The notes: a model not told the origin generated them from the letters alone. Shown: positions 38,701 through 52,083, counted from the first letter of the stretch. The stretch is 64,000 nucleotides of DNA from Podarcis gaigeae (GCA_964106915.2 OZ066915.1), one strand, 5' to 3'. Numbers and translations are program-made.

Positions 38701-40101
38701 CATTAAAATTAGAGTGAATTCGTAAATCGTCCGTCCTCGTCGTCATCGTAATGAATTGCTGTTTTTTTAAGAATCTGGACAGATAAATTCATTAAGAGGA
38801 GCGCCGACCACCCCCACCCAGTCACCCAGCCACCCTCTACCTCAAGGCCACATTCAACAACAGCTCCGGACGCTGTAATCTAAACGAAGCCCGATTTGGG
38901 GAGACCCCCTCTTAACAACCCTTTAATACAGCAAACTAAAGATCTGGGAAGACCTTTGTTGATCTCCAATGATGAGGCCCGCCCCCCCTTCTTCTTCCTC
39001 CTCCTCCTCCTCCATTCCCCACCCCCACTCCGTCCCCTACTGTAGTTCAGAGAATATTGTACCTCGTTTGCCGCAGCTTAAAAACCAGCAAATGTGTTAG
39101 CAATTCTGCGAGACCTTGTCTGCCCGGTGCTAATCTTTTTTTTTTTTTTTTTTGGTCGGATGACTTCTGTTTACAACAGTCTGTCTGGGTGGGCGGGGGC
39201 CGCCATTACAAAGTGAAGGTCAAGTTAGCATCCTACCTTATATGGTATACGGCGGTCCTCCATTTTCATGGATTTGCCACAACAGAGCTAAATGGCCATC
39301 GCATTTCTTACCCGAGTAAACATATGGGTCTCTGTCTCTCTTTTTAAACCCCCCCGGCCCATTTCCCCCCTCTTTTACATCACCATTCTTATTTTGAGGG
39401 AGGGGGGGCTATCTGAATGCAACGATCAAGAGGAAGGCTGTGGGGGTGCATGGAGGGTGAGACTATGTGGGAATGAGACCAGAAATCCGCATGACGACTG
39501 CTGCTTGGAAAGTTTTTTTCCCCTCCCTCTCCCCCCCCCTCCGGGATTGCAGACTTCAAACAACTCCTCTTTCAGCAAGATGCAAACACGTCTGCGATGG
39601 AGGAAATTAAACGTCATAAAGAAAAGCCCAATTAGGGTTTAATGTCTCAACATTACGGTTTCCTCCAGAAAACAATGAAGTTCGCTCGGTAAGGAGAGGG
39701 GGAGAATGGGTGGGGGGAGGGGATAAGGGAAAGGAGGGTTTAGATTTTCTTGTCTTAATCGTATAATCTTTAAATAAAGGAGGAGGGGGGAGGGATGGGC
39801 TGGATAGATCAGAGCGCCTGAAATTAATAAGAGCGGAAATGAGGGGAGATCCTGCAAAGTCTTGAGCAGCCTGTCTACTGTGGAGGGCTGGATTATAGAC
39901 ATTCTCATATCACAGGTTGTCCGTCGGAGGTCCCAGAACGGGCCTAATTGCGCACAGGAGATCTGCCAGGGATTCGGAGGTTAAAGAGGGGAGTGGGTGG
40001 GTGGTCTTTACATAGATTGAACCGATAAGGTGATATCGCGACTGGGATAAGGGCTGGAGGGTGGTGGAGGAGAGGGGAAGGGAAGGGAAAGGGAGGAAAT
40101 T

Positions 40102-40138
<37 letters not shown>

Positions 40139-40170
40139 AAGTGGATTGTTAGTGGGTGAATAAAGAGGCT

Positions 40171-40201
<31 letters not shown>

Positions 40202-41799
40202 TTTCCCACCCACCCCACAAAGGAAAGCGCCCCTCCCAGTCAGTGGCAAAGCTGTTCTCATTATGGTGAAAGATAAGTCTTCCTCTCGAAGGAAACTTAT
40301 GAAAAATGGCTGGAATCCTTGTTTTGGCTGAGACGGAGGAGAAGAGCAGGTTCGCTTCCTTACCACCGCAAGATGGTGGAGGGGAGCATGAGAATTAAAT
40401 CTCGATCGAGGTCAACCCATAATTTTAGGCTATCCAAGTAGCTTCAACACCCCCCCCCTCCCCGCTTCCCATTTTCTTCTCGTATTGGCAGCGACGTGGG
40501 AGTGCGGTGGGGACGGTGGGAGTAAGGAAGGGAAAGCAACAAACCAAACAAAAAAAACCCCACGCCTTTGCAAGAGAGTAGATTTCCAAGGGAATCAATG
40601 GGACTTTGTTCCCAAGTAATATCATAGCAAAATCATAACCGCAACGCCGGGGCCGCTATAAATTTCGCCTGGGTCTATGGCCCTCCTCCATAGCGGTAGC
40701 GGATACAGTTGTTACTTAGCTGAGGCTGCAGTGCCGCAACGCATATGAACAAAAAAACACAAACCCAATCATTTATATTGTCTTGACACCCGGCGTTCGT
40801 GCGTGCTGTTTAGCAAGGATATTGTTGTGGGATGGGCGAGGAATATAACAACAATCCTTCTCCTAGTCCATTAGAGAAAATGAACAGATTTCCCAGTGAC
40901 AGTTTCCAAAGCCGCCTAATCTATACAGCGTACGCGCGCGCTTGTGTGGCTCTTCCCAGACTAATGCCAGATGTGCATTTGCAGCGCTATCTGCAGTTCT
41001 TCCCCGTTTTGAACTTCCAGTCCTGTTTATTTGTTTGTTTTGGGATTTCTGCGTGGCGCAGAAGGCACGGGAGAGCTTTTTTCCCATTCATTAGCCCTGC
41101 ATGGCAGAGGAAATTGGTAAACAGGACTCCACCTGAAAAAAGACGGCCTCTGTTTGTATTTTTTTAAAAAAATCAACACGGAATATACTTGTCCTTTCCT
41201 TTCAGTCCCACATTATCAATTAGCGTTGCTTTATTTTTGTTGTAAACAGCAGCCTACTTGCCACGTTACCTACGATACGAGTCACTATGAGGAGACAATC
41301 CTTATGTGCACATCCTTGAAGTCAACGGGAACTCCGAGTTTAAAATATTTAGTATCTCGCTGTAGCATTTAAAGGTATTTTAAGAACAAAGCCAAACAAA
41401 TCTGCATCCTTTTCCAGCGTGCAGAGGACGCACAATTTTGGATTCGCTCTCCCTACAGTTACCCCTCTCGCTTACTGAAATGGACAATGCGACCATGTGA
41501 GTTCCTAAACTCCTTACTGTAAAAAAAATATCCATTTATATGCAGACACAGAATAGCAGATTTGAAGGAGTCCCAAAGGGAGTATGTCTGATAAAGAAAG
41601 CAGAATGATGGAATGTGCGCGTGAGGGAAAGAATAGAAGCATCAAACAGCACTTCAGACAAGCTGGTTCGGAATCCTAGTAGGATGAAGTCAATAACTAA
41701 AGCAATATAAAGTTACTAAGAAAACAGATATTTTAAATTTCAGTTTAGTAAGTCACTCTGTGTGTATATATCTATAAAGAGAGAGGGCGGGGGAGAGAC

Positions 41800-41808
41800 G
41801 AGAGAGAG

Positions 41809-41865
<57 letters not shown>
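41800..41865. repeat. (GA)n microsatellite
   Basis: Read directly. Similar tracts lie at about 40103-40133 and 42527-42582. Confidence 0.9.
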
Positions 41866-41870
<5 letters not shown>

Positions 41871-41940
41871 TCTGGTATTTAATAAAAAGAGGGTTTATAA
41901 ATGGGGAGGGGGACAGCTGAAACACAAGTAAATAGTCAAA

Positions 41941-42053
41941 GGCACGATCCAGCCAAAGACGGTCACTTTTAAATTAATTTCAGGGTAGTGTGTGTATATA
42001 AAGTATGTCCCTCAGTGATATTGGTGGGATTTAACTGTGGCCGGATCGTGACC
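41941..42053. mobile_element. ~110-bp MITE-like element with GGCACGATCC terminal inverted repeats
   Basis: GGCACGATCCAGCCA ... TGGCCGGATCGTGACC form near-perfect 15-bp TIRs, the same ends as 11743-11862. Confidence 0.6.
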
Positions 42054-42525
42054 ACAATAACTATTCGATTTCATAAGTGGAATGGCATACAGAGAAATAC
42101 AGCATTTGGGTTTTGTTCCGAGTAATTTTTTTTTAACTAAGTACCTCATTTTAGAAATATAATTTGAGATTTCAAGAAGGATTTCCAAGGGAATGCACAC
42201 GATTGAAAGTTAAATTGATTGCTGCACACTCCCCCCCCCCGCAACTTTATTGTTAAAGGACAGGATCTGGATCTTGACTGGATCATTTAGATCTTGTACC
42301 CCACTGAAAGTAACTCATCTACCGCTAATTTCTAGAAACCATGAGACATAATAATTCACGAGATTTCAAAACAAAACAAAAAGCACATATAGTCATGCGT
42401 TTGTAGTTGCATTTCATGCGAATTTCCAACAATTGATGTCTGTAGATGCCTTTGTGGGCTATCAAGTTACTTTCAACTGTTCTCATATGCATATATTGAG
42501 GGACACATAGATTTCACGAGAGAGA

Positions 42526-42586
<61 letters not shown>

Positions 42587-45500
42587 CCTTGCGCACGCGC
42601 ACACATCCCCATGCAAACAAAGAGGCTGATATTTCATAGCATTGCCAAAAGGCGCTCTGAAGTAATGAGCATTCCTTATAGCTGGTTTCTATGTTTGCCG
42701 AATGTCACCACACAACTATCCCAGGCATTCTGTTTCATTTTATTCTGATAAATGTGGATACTGGGGTTGATTCCAGCCCTACTGACTTACATCGGGGAGC
42801 GGGAGGGTAAGCTATTGAAGTTTCTTTCCGCCCCTCCCCTGTAAAAACGTTGAGATTTCACTTTGATCACGGTGTGTCTGATGGGAAAAAGGCAGCCTGA
42901 TGGCTGAAATGAAAGAAATGTAGGTATCAAGGTAGACTAAAAAGCTAAAAAAATCCAGCTCATACACACAACCAAATGCAGAATGTTTCATATAAGTTAA
43001 ACCCCTTTTGGCAAAATCTCACTCGCAGTGGCTGCTATGTCTTCCTTCACACAATCTAATAAGAAGCTATCCCGTTACAATACAGCTTATATCGTGCATA
43101 CGGAGATATTTGCTAATAAAACTGGACTCTCACGTGAAACCAAAATTCCTTAGCTGGGATTTGATGATCCACATCCCAGAACCTCATCCAGACAATAAAG
43201 CATTTTTAAAAAATCTATGCGAGTCTATTCACTCTCTGCGTGTTGTAGAATTTTATTATTTAAAACGTTGGGTGCTTTTAAAACGTTTGTGTATTATGTT
43301 GGTCAATGGCCCACTTTCTTTTGAACACAATCCAGTGCAGCTATTCTTTTTGAAAGGAACCTGAAACACACCGAAAATTGGCTTCTTGGGTGAATTACTA
43401 GGTCCCCTTTCATTTGGAAAGCGGAATAAGCCATTGGCAAACTCCAATGAACTTGGCTTTGTAGCATATATATTCTGGACTGGAAGGGTCTGGACTGGAA
43501 GGGTCGGCCAAATATGTTGGCGCAAGAGTTCCTTTTATTCGCTTCTAGCTTCCTAACTAGTGGAACTGACCTAACGATCCTTACATGTATATTGATATGG
43601 CTGCAACCCAATGCACGTTTTTCTTGGGAGTAAAGCCAAGCAACCCTCTGTAGACAATGGGCTTCAATCGAACTTGCTTGTGTGCACAGGATCAGACCCT
43701 ACTGAGCAATCACTGCACTTTATTATTCATTGCAATATGCCAAGTATCATTTGCAATCCTCCCAATTATGATGGTTTATATTACCCCAATAATGCGCAGA
43801 GGAGAATTCTGCGTGGGGCATCTAGTCCGGGCATCCCTCAGCGCAGCTATACTGCTCACTGTTGACTTTGCGTGTGGCTGGGAAGCATACCGCTTATCAG
43901 CTTTTATCTTTATTGGGTCCACATGATTTTGAACTTGCAACCCTGGCCTGTGGAAGATCTGAAACATTCTCCCCCTCCCCGCTTCCCCGCTTTGAATCGT
44001 TAGCAGCTTATGAAGTCGTCTTTAGTAGGCTGGCTTATATCCAATTAAATTTATCTTTGCCATTGGGGGACAATAATATTTTCCAAGAGCTTCCTACTTG
44101 TAGCTATTGTCTCTGGCCCCGGATTTCCTGAACACACAAGCAGTCGAGTATAATCTGCTTACTGGCGAAGGTTTGTAGTACCCTTTGGCTTGATTTAAAT
44201 ACATCGGGGTATTTTATTTTTCCTTGGGAAGTAATTGCATTGCTGTTGCACGGGGGGGGAAAAATCATTGCTAGGCTGTGATCCCAAACACATTGACTTG
44301 TAAGTCACTTGCATAGGATTCATTGGGAGTCAGTTGTTTCCAGTGAGCTGCATCGCTGAAGACTCACAGGTCACAATCCTAAAGCGTCAAAAGTTTGGGA
44401 TTCTTTGGCCCAAAGAAGGCATGCGAAAACGGCTGCTTGAAAGGTTTGGGTGGCTTCCCATCCCCAAACCTCACAAAAGTAATCCTTCACTCTCTGTATA
44501 GAGAACCTATCTTACTGTAGGCCGTAGAAATATCAAAGGGGCGTCCGCTTCATTCTGAAATTCGGGGGAAATCCGCCAAGAAAAGGCCAAAAGGCAAGAG
44601 GTAAACAACATTTTCGTGACCCCATTTCTCCCTAGGAAAAGCTTTAGGGTACATGTGCCTATGATTGGGATTCTGGGAGATGGGAAAAGAGAGATTTAGA
44701 TTAGAATATCTACATTTATGCATATTCTAGAAGGTAGTCTTTGTGTCATAGTCTGCACATTTCTAAAAGAGAGACCAGTATGGCCATCTCTGAATGAAAG
44801 CATTAATCGGTGTGGACCATGAAGTTAATCGAAATTTGCACTGATTTACATATGTTAATTTATCTCCCAAACTGATAAGAGGACGATGAAACTAGTTCAT
44901 ATGAAATCCAAGGCGGGTTTCGACCACACCTACAAATCTTTGCCGTCCATAGACTAGTTGGCAAATGTTTGTTAGTTTTGCCCAAATCCGCCTTGTCCAT
45001 CATGTACCGTTCAGTCTTGATTCGCTTAATGTACACAAACAAACCCAGAGACCGGACTTCTGACCACGATGGGAACATTTCTTTGGCCAAACCCGCCACA
45101 ACTATAATCGGAGCTGGGTTCTTTCAAAGTTCATTTTACCCACAGAAAAGTACGTTTCCTAGAAAGTCTTGTCCACGTGGATACAATTTTCTGCCTAAAT
45201 AATAATAACAATAACAAAATACTGGGATGTGTTTATAGTGTGATCTTGGTTCTGTCGGGCAAATGACCCGGCAACAGAAGAAGGGAATGTATTGCCTGAT
45301 TAACACAGCAATGCCATGTTGAAGTACACTTGGCGAGCCACAAACAACCAGCCCGGTGAACATATACATATGTCTAATTACACCTAGGAAACTCTGCCTG
45401 GCAATTGACACAATCCTGTTGTCTCTGCCTGCTCTGCTCTGCTCTTATGCATCTTCATAGTGAGTCACACCATCATACAACTTGGGGAGACACTGTCATA

Positions 45501-48500
45501 ACGCACCTACTTTGAAAGGTTTTTCCTTTTCTTACTTCTTCTCTCTCCCCCGTATATATTAAAGAGGGTTTTTAGACAACTAATTTTTTAAAAAAAGTTT
45601 TTAAAAAGTATTTCTTGGCTGTGAATATGAAATCTATCAACGAGTAAAGCACTCACGGTTTATGCTCAATGGGCTGTTGGGTTTTTTTTGTGTTGTTTTA
45701 TATATTTTTTTTCTAAGTGGAGACCAAAAGGAATGTGAGACTTCCAGCCTTCATTCTTCTGTTTTATGGTAGTCAGGGAATTGACTTTGGTGGTTCAAAT
45801 TCAAGTGCCTTGGCTCCACAGCTGTCTTTTCTGTGCTTCTTCGCAGGAAGTCGACAAATCCTATACTTTAAACTGGGCTTTAAAAAACACAACGGCACTG
45901 GGGCTCGCTTGAGCTTATATCTACCTATTAAGAGCAATAAATTATTCGCACACCTAGAGGAGATATCCTGTGTGTTATACCCCACATGCTTTCAACAGCC
46001 ACCCGCTTTAGACCCTTTCTGCTCGCCACCAATGCAGCCGGATGAGACACAGGAGAAATTTCTGCCCCACCAGGAAAAGTGGAAAGAAGGAATAAAGAAG
46101 AAGAGGTGGGGGGGGAATGGGCGGGGGCAACTCACTTTGCAAGAGATGTTGCAGAACCATTCCGAAACAGCACCCAGCACTGCAAATTTCTTCAGTTTCC
46201 CCACCCCACCTCGGGCAGGTTCCATAAATAGTGTTTGGTAAGAAGGAGTGGAGGAAAATAATGATCTCCGTAAACAATATTTTTATTAGTTTGTAGTTAG
46301 CATGAATATTGCTGCGTAAAAAGGGGTAGTTAAAGGCTCCCTGACACTTTAATTAAAAGTTTGTGTCCAAAGCAGCATCCAACTCATAAACGGCAGAGCG
46401 AAGGAGAGAGCCAAAACTGACCATCCCTGCAGAAGCCTTGCACTACTCCTGTCCCCCCTCTCTCACACACAACACACACCCATCTCTTCTTCCCATGCGC
46501 AGAGGTGTGTATTTGGTGAGGAGGCTCAGAATGGTTTGGAACCTGGAGGCGCGTTTATCTGAACCCTTTGCGGGCGAGGCATCCTACGCCCAAAGACGCA
46601 GAACAGTCGAAAGTGAAGAACGTCGCCCGTAGGCGTATGAAATTAAAAGGACAGGTTGATCAGAGGGCTTCACGTGAAAGAGAGAGCAGGAGCCGCCATG
46701 TTTTCTTTAGGTTTTGTCTGTAGGATCACTTAATAAAGACTCTGGATTTGAAAGAAACCCACCCAATAAAAGTCCCACTGTGGTTTTTAAGGCTATGCTT
46801 CAATCCCGAGTCACACACGACCTTTAAAGATTTTGATCTCCTGTCCGATATAGTCAGTTTCCTCCCCGTGACCAAAAATCATTTTTCGTTTCAGTCATTC
46901 TGTTCATTAATCTCACCCTCCCTTTTTGGTTTCAGCAGATGTCCCTTCCTTTCCTGGGGCGTCTTCGTCGCTGCAGACTGCTTAGGTATCTGTTCTACCT
47001 GCTGACTAAACTCTACCTGGTGGTTTTAAAAGTAAAAAGAGCCTTTCAAATTAAAATGAATTATGGGGCAAATGAGGTCATCGCAGAGCGTCTCCTTTTG
47101 TATCACAAGTTGCTAGATTTTTCTTCGTCTTAAGGATTTGTTCAAGGCTTACCCAAAGGAAAAGCTTCACAACCACAAAAAACATCACGTTAAAAAACAA
47201 CAACCCCTCAGTTCCCACATATTCTTATATACCAGCCCGCCATGTTCCTGGACTTTGTTATTTGTTCCTGAGAGTTTAATTTACTGCAACACGAATTGAC
47301 AGGATATCACTAGTAAAGTCATTTTGCCCCCCTGATGCTGTGTGAATTTTGTTATGAGGCTTTTAAACTGTCCAAAACTGGAGCCAGCGATGGAAATTAA
47401 AGCGGGAGGATTCTATGTAAACAAAGCAAAGTTGTTGGGTCCTACACACACGCACGCACGCACACACACACACACTTCTTTGAAGAGAGCAAAGTGAATT
47501 AAAAACAGAAATAAAGACAGAGATGACAGCAAAAAGACAACAAATTACTGGAGATATATTGCATCAGGTGGAAACTAAACATTTTTATTTATTTTTTTGC
47601 AGATCAATTACAGAACCTTTTTTAAAAATAAAATAAAAACAAATGAAAAAGTTGTCAATTCAGGCGCAAAATCTGTTTGATGAGCCTGTGTGATGTGTGC
47701 TCCAGATCATCTGAAAGACAGGAGAGTTTTAAGCACGCATCCTTTGTTTAGGGGGACTTTACTGGATATGCCAGCAGCCTCTATCAACTGTCAATATTCT
47801 CTAAACGCCTTTATAGCATGGCTTTCTGGATCATGACTGAAAGAAGACACTTTAGGTTAACAATTGTCTGAAAGTCAGGAGGAATGTTCTACAAGACACC
47901 TTTTACAAATATTCCTTCTTCCAGCTTTAAAAATCTTAGGGAATCACAGGGTGGGCGCTGAGAGACTCCAAGAGACCAAATACAAGGACAAATGACTTTA
48001 ATAAGAATCCTTTTTTTTTTTTTCAGTGCACCCCCCTGCCTTTTCTTTCGCTGGCAGAATAAAGGTCGCAAGGCACCGTGAACATACATTGATTGACAAT
48101 AAACAGCTGCATTAAATATTCAATATACCACTCTTACATAATAAATATTTAACCAAACGTTAAAGGGGGCTTTCGAATATTTATTAGTCCTATGTCCTGA
48201 TGTATCCTCCCTAATTCCAATACTCTGAAGTCATTAAGCCCATGCCTCAGAGGGTTCAGGTTCGGGCTTAAATCCCTAGAAAAGTTTCAAAGTTTATTCG
48301 GCTCCTCGCATATTTGGGATATGTTGCTGGAGGTGTGCATTCTCTTTGGCAGATTAGGTGTCCTTATGCATACATGAGATCCCTACATAAGCATCTAAGT
48401 AATTAATAAACGTGAGAAACTTGCCAGTTGCTCCCCTATACTGTATACCTATCTGTTCCAAAGATCCCACCCACACCCACTATATGGAGATGTGCTCCGG

Positions 48501-48831
48501 ATCCCTGGAGCAAGACCTTGAGAAATGTTTGAAAACTTACTGAAGAATCTTTATCCAGTCCCCTGGGCTTCTAACAGTTGAATCCACATTTTAAAGAAAA
48601 TAAAAGGAAAAAAAGACAGAGAAGAGAAGAAGAAAAAGGGAAATAAAAGAATATGTCTGATCATGCCTAAAATGTGACTTGCATGGAAAGAACCCCCTTA
48701 AAAAAAAAAGTAAGAGAGGAAAAATTACAGTTAACACATCCTTTAGACCCTCCCTCGCCTCCTCCACCCCTGAGCTACCCCCACCCAAACCCATATCTGA
48801 ATCCTCCTGAACAACTAAAAGCAAAATCCAA

Positions 48832-48835
<4 letters not shown>

Positions 48836-48881
<46 letters not shown>
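48836..48881. repeat. (GA)n microsatellite ~330 bp upstream of HOXC11 ATG
   Basis: Read directly from the sequence. Confidence 0.95.
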
Positions 48882-48883
<2 letters not shown>

Positions 48884-48949
48884 TTCACCAGCCATCCCCT
48901 CGCTATCTGCTTTGAATGCTTACAAGGGGTGTGCCTGGAAGAAAATGAA

Positions 48950-49207
48950 TACAAATCTGCGATTGATTTTCATAATGTTTCTGCGGTGTTTGAAAACCAA
49001 TCGTTTGAACCTCTGAGATCTTACCTAAGTGAACCACTCCTACGCTTCTAAGTGCTCCAAACTGATATATGACAATATCTACTTTGGATCACGTGTCCTG
49101 GAGAGAGCGACTAAGACGGATAGCGCGTCATCTCGCCTTCCCAAATTTTTTCCCCTCTGCACATCGGATCCAAAACATCTATCTATAGGAGCAAGAAAAG
49201 GAGAAAG
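48950..49207 (+). promoter_or_regulatory. HOXC11 proximal promoter / 5' leader
   Basis: CCAAT (AACCAATC ~48995), TCACGTG at 49089-49095 and GCGTCA half-CRE upstream of the ATG. Confidence 0.55.
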
Positions 49208-49886
49208 ATGTTTAACTCAGTGAACCTAGGAAACTTCTGTTCCCAGTCGCGCAAAGAGCGGAGTGCTGACTTTGGAGAGCGAGCAGGTTGCGCTTCCAAT
49301 CTCTACCTCCCCAGCTGCACCTATTACGTCCCAGAATTTTCAACTGTGTCATCTTTCTTGCCACAGGCCCCCTCTCGCCAAATCTCCTACCCTTATTCCA
49401 CTAACCTCTCTCAAGTGCAGCCAGTGCGAGAGGTCTCCTACGGGCTAGACCCCTCGAATAAATGGCACCATAGAAGCAATTACGCCTCGTGTTATTCCGC
49501 GGAAGATCTGATGCACAGGGATTGCCTCCCGCCTTCCACCATGACCGAAATGCTAATGAAAAACGAAAGCGTGTACAGCCACCACCACCACCCCAGCTCC
49601 AACCACCCGGCGTCCACGGGCTTCTACTCCAGCATGAACAAAAACAGTGTCCTCCCGCAAGGCTTCGACCGGTTCTTCGAAAACGCCTACTGCTCCACCG
49701 AGAACCCGCCCGAGACCTGTTTGCAGAAGACCGAGAGCAAGCTGGAGACCGACTCCCAGCCCACCGCGCTGTCATCCCGCGGCGACCAAGGCGTAGACCC
49801 GGAAGACGAGGAAGAAAACACCAACCCGGGCTCTTCAGCTTCATCCTCCTCTGTCAACAAGGAAGGGAGCAAAACCAGCAACTCGA
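49208..49886 (+). CDS. HOXC11: Homeobox protein Hox-C11, coding exon 1
   Basis: [64 protein letters not shown]...[15 protein letters not shown]. The only frame-preserving donor is TCGA|GTAGGT at 49886/49887. Confidence 0.96.
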
Positions 49887-50512
49887 GTAGGTAGAGAAAG
49901 CAGTAAATGGAAAGGTTAAGGGACTAGCCCGCTGTTTTGTCGGTCAAATTTTATGTGGAGTTTTATAAGCATTCAAAGGATTTTATTATAACCTACAAAG
50001 CTCTTTCTTGCAACGAGAAGAATTTTTACGATGGGAAAGGCTCTTTGAGAAAAATGGAGATGTTAGGCGCAGACACAGTATCTCAGAGTCTGTGAAATTT
50101 TAAAAGCACACCATGGTGACAAATATTAACTTTGATCATGAACTTACATGAGCATTTTAAAAGGATTTGGTCCCGGGCTTCTGAGGGTAAAAGGCAATTG
50201 GGCAGAACACTGCTCTTGCTTCCTGTCCTCGCGAGGAGGCACTGAGAGATGCACGCGAGCGAGCGAGGGGGGCGGCGGGTGGTGTTATTTTTTCCCCTTA
50301 TTGTAAATGCATGCAGAAATTCAAATATATATCTATATTGCTATGAATGTGGGGAAAGGGAATGCAACGTTTCCACGTCCTCAGTGCATCCTGTGTTGTT
50401 GTTCTTGCTCTTGTTGTTGCTTTTCTTCCTGCAAATTGCATTGCTTAGGCGTAGTTCTTTGGGTGATTTCTTTTCAAATAGATAATGCTTATTTTGCTAT
50501 TAAATGTGTTTA

Positions 50513-50513
<1 letters not shown>

Positions 50514-50549
<36 letters not shown>
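50514..50549. repeat. (CA)n microsatellite in HOXC11 intron
   Basis: Read directly from the sequence. Confidence 0.9.
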
Positions 50550-50550
<1 letters not shown>

Positions 50551-51336
50551 TTTAAGTATATTTTAATAGATGCCTTTAGATATTCATATATAAGTGGGTT
50601 TATTTTCATTTTTAAAGCAACAAGAACAACCCTAAATCGAAGCAACTGATCAAGCAAATGCATCATGGATGTTTATTTATTTTTCCATTCATAGGTGAAT
50701 GGAAAGCTAAGTCCTGCATGAACTTACACACCGACACACACACACACCCAGGCGCGCGCACACGTTGTATTTGCAATTCTGTTTGCTGCCTTGGGAAACA
50801 CATTGCTTCTCTTTTTTTTGACTGCTCAGATATGTTGCTTTGATTCTCTCTCTGTGTGTATGTGTGTGCTGAATGTATTTGGAGGGTGGCGTTCCCGATA
50901 ATCAAAAACTTATGCAGAGCAGAATTCTGAGCCCTCATAGTTCTAACGTTGCTCCTGCTGAATCTGTAAGAAAGGCGGCAGATTTGCAGTTTGAACGTGT
51001 ATGCTTCCCAGCTGCTTCGCCGGCTTCCTTCCCCCCAGCAGTTATTGTTGATTATTGCACTCAGGAATCCCTTTGGAAAAGCCCCCCAAAACAGGGCGAA
51101 ATGATCATGGGCTGGAAACAGGAAAGGCTGTCTTCATGGCTGTGTTGTGGTACACATGTCTGTTAGGATGTTACACATGGCCGTAGGATGTGCTTCCAGA
51201 TGGGCGTGCGTGTGAGAGAGAAGCTATGCATTTGAGCTCTTGGTGATGGAGGGGTTATTGGGGCTCTGTTGTGTCATTTGCTTAGTTATTTTCACTCCCT
51301 CCTGGTTATATTTTTCTCCCTCCCTCCCCCCTAAAG

Positions 51337-51569
51337 GTGCCCCCCGCACAAGAAAGAAGCGATGTCCCTATTCGAAATTCCAAATCAGAGAGCTAGAGAG
51401 AGAATTTTTCTTCAATGTCTACATAAACAAAGAAAAAAGGCTGCAGCTGTCCAGAATGTTGAATCTCACTGATCGACAAGTTAAAATTTGGTTTCAGAAC
51501 AGAAGGATGAAAGAAAAAAAACTAAGCAGAGACCGCCTGCAGTATTTCTCTGGAAATCCCTTATTGTGA
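51337..51569 (+). CDS. HOXC11: Homeobox protein Hox-C11, coding exon 2 (homeodomain)
   Basis: Pyrimidine tract and AAAG|GT acceptor, then [76 protein letters not shown]-stop. Spliced CDS is 912 nt. Confidence 0.98.
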
Positions 51570-52083
51570 ACCTCTTTTGTATATTATATATACATATCTA
51601 TCTATATATAAATAAAAAAATAAAAAATACATCCTCTGCTCGTTGAAGTATTCTGTGTATGAAGAAGGGAAGTTGCAAGCACGGTTTGACTGTGGAGTCT
51701 TCAAGCAACCCTCAGAGTTTTCAACCTTCTCCGTCCTTCCTTATATATTTGTATGTTTGGGACCTGGTTCAGGGTTTATACACGTTTCCTGATTACCTAA
51801 ACGTTGAAAGGACTTGAATACTGTATGAACTTTTAATTTAACGTTTAGTCTTGAAGAAATGGAATTATTTTTATCATCGGTGTTTTGTTTTGTTCAGTTC
51901 ATCTTCTTCATCATCATCATCATCTATGTTCGATGGAGGAAACTACAGTGCTGTGTTCACGACAGTATGCACCTACTTCTCCTTATTTTGATATGCAAGT
52001 TGATGATGCATCTACGCAAAAGCGCCTCCCAAAGACTCCCTGTCTTCGGTTGGGAGGAGGGCTTTGTCTGAGTGTGCGTGCAG

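Noticed and set aside
43474-43505. 15-bp tandem duplication TCTGGACTGGAAGGG x2
   Set aside because: Simple local duplication with no spacer structure. It is not CRISPR-like and has no evident function.
40100-48881. Several long (GA)n tracts upstream of HOXC11 as GAGA/Polycomb elements
   Set aside because: Indistinguishable from the ordinary microsatellites abundant throughout this window.
49401-49890. Alternative-frame and antisense ORFs over HOXC11 exon 1
   Set aside because: Explained by the high GC3 of the real reading frame.
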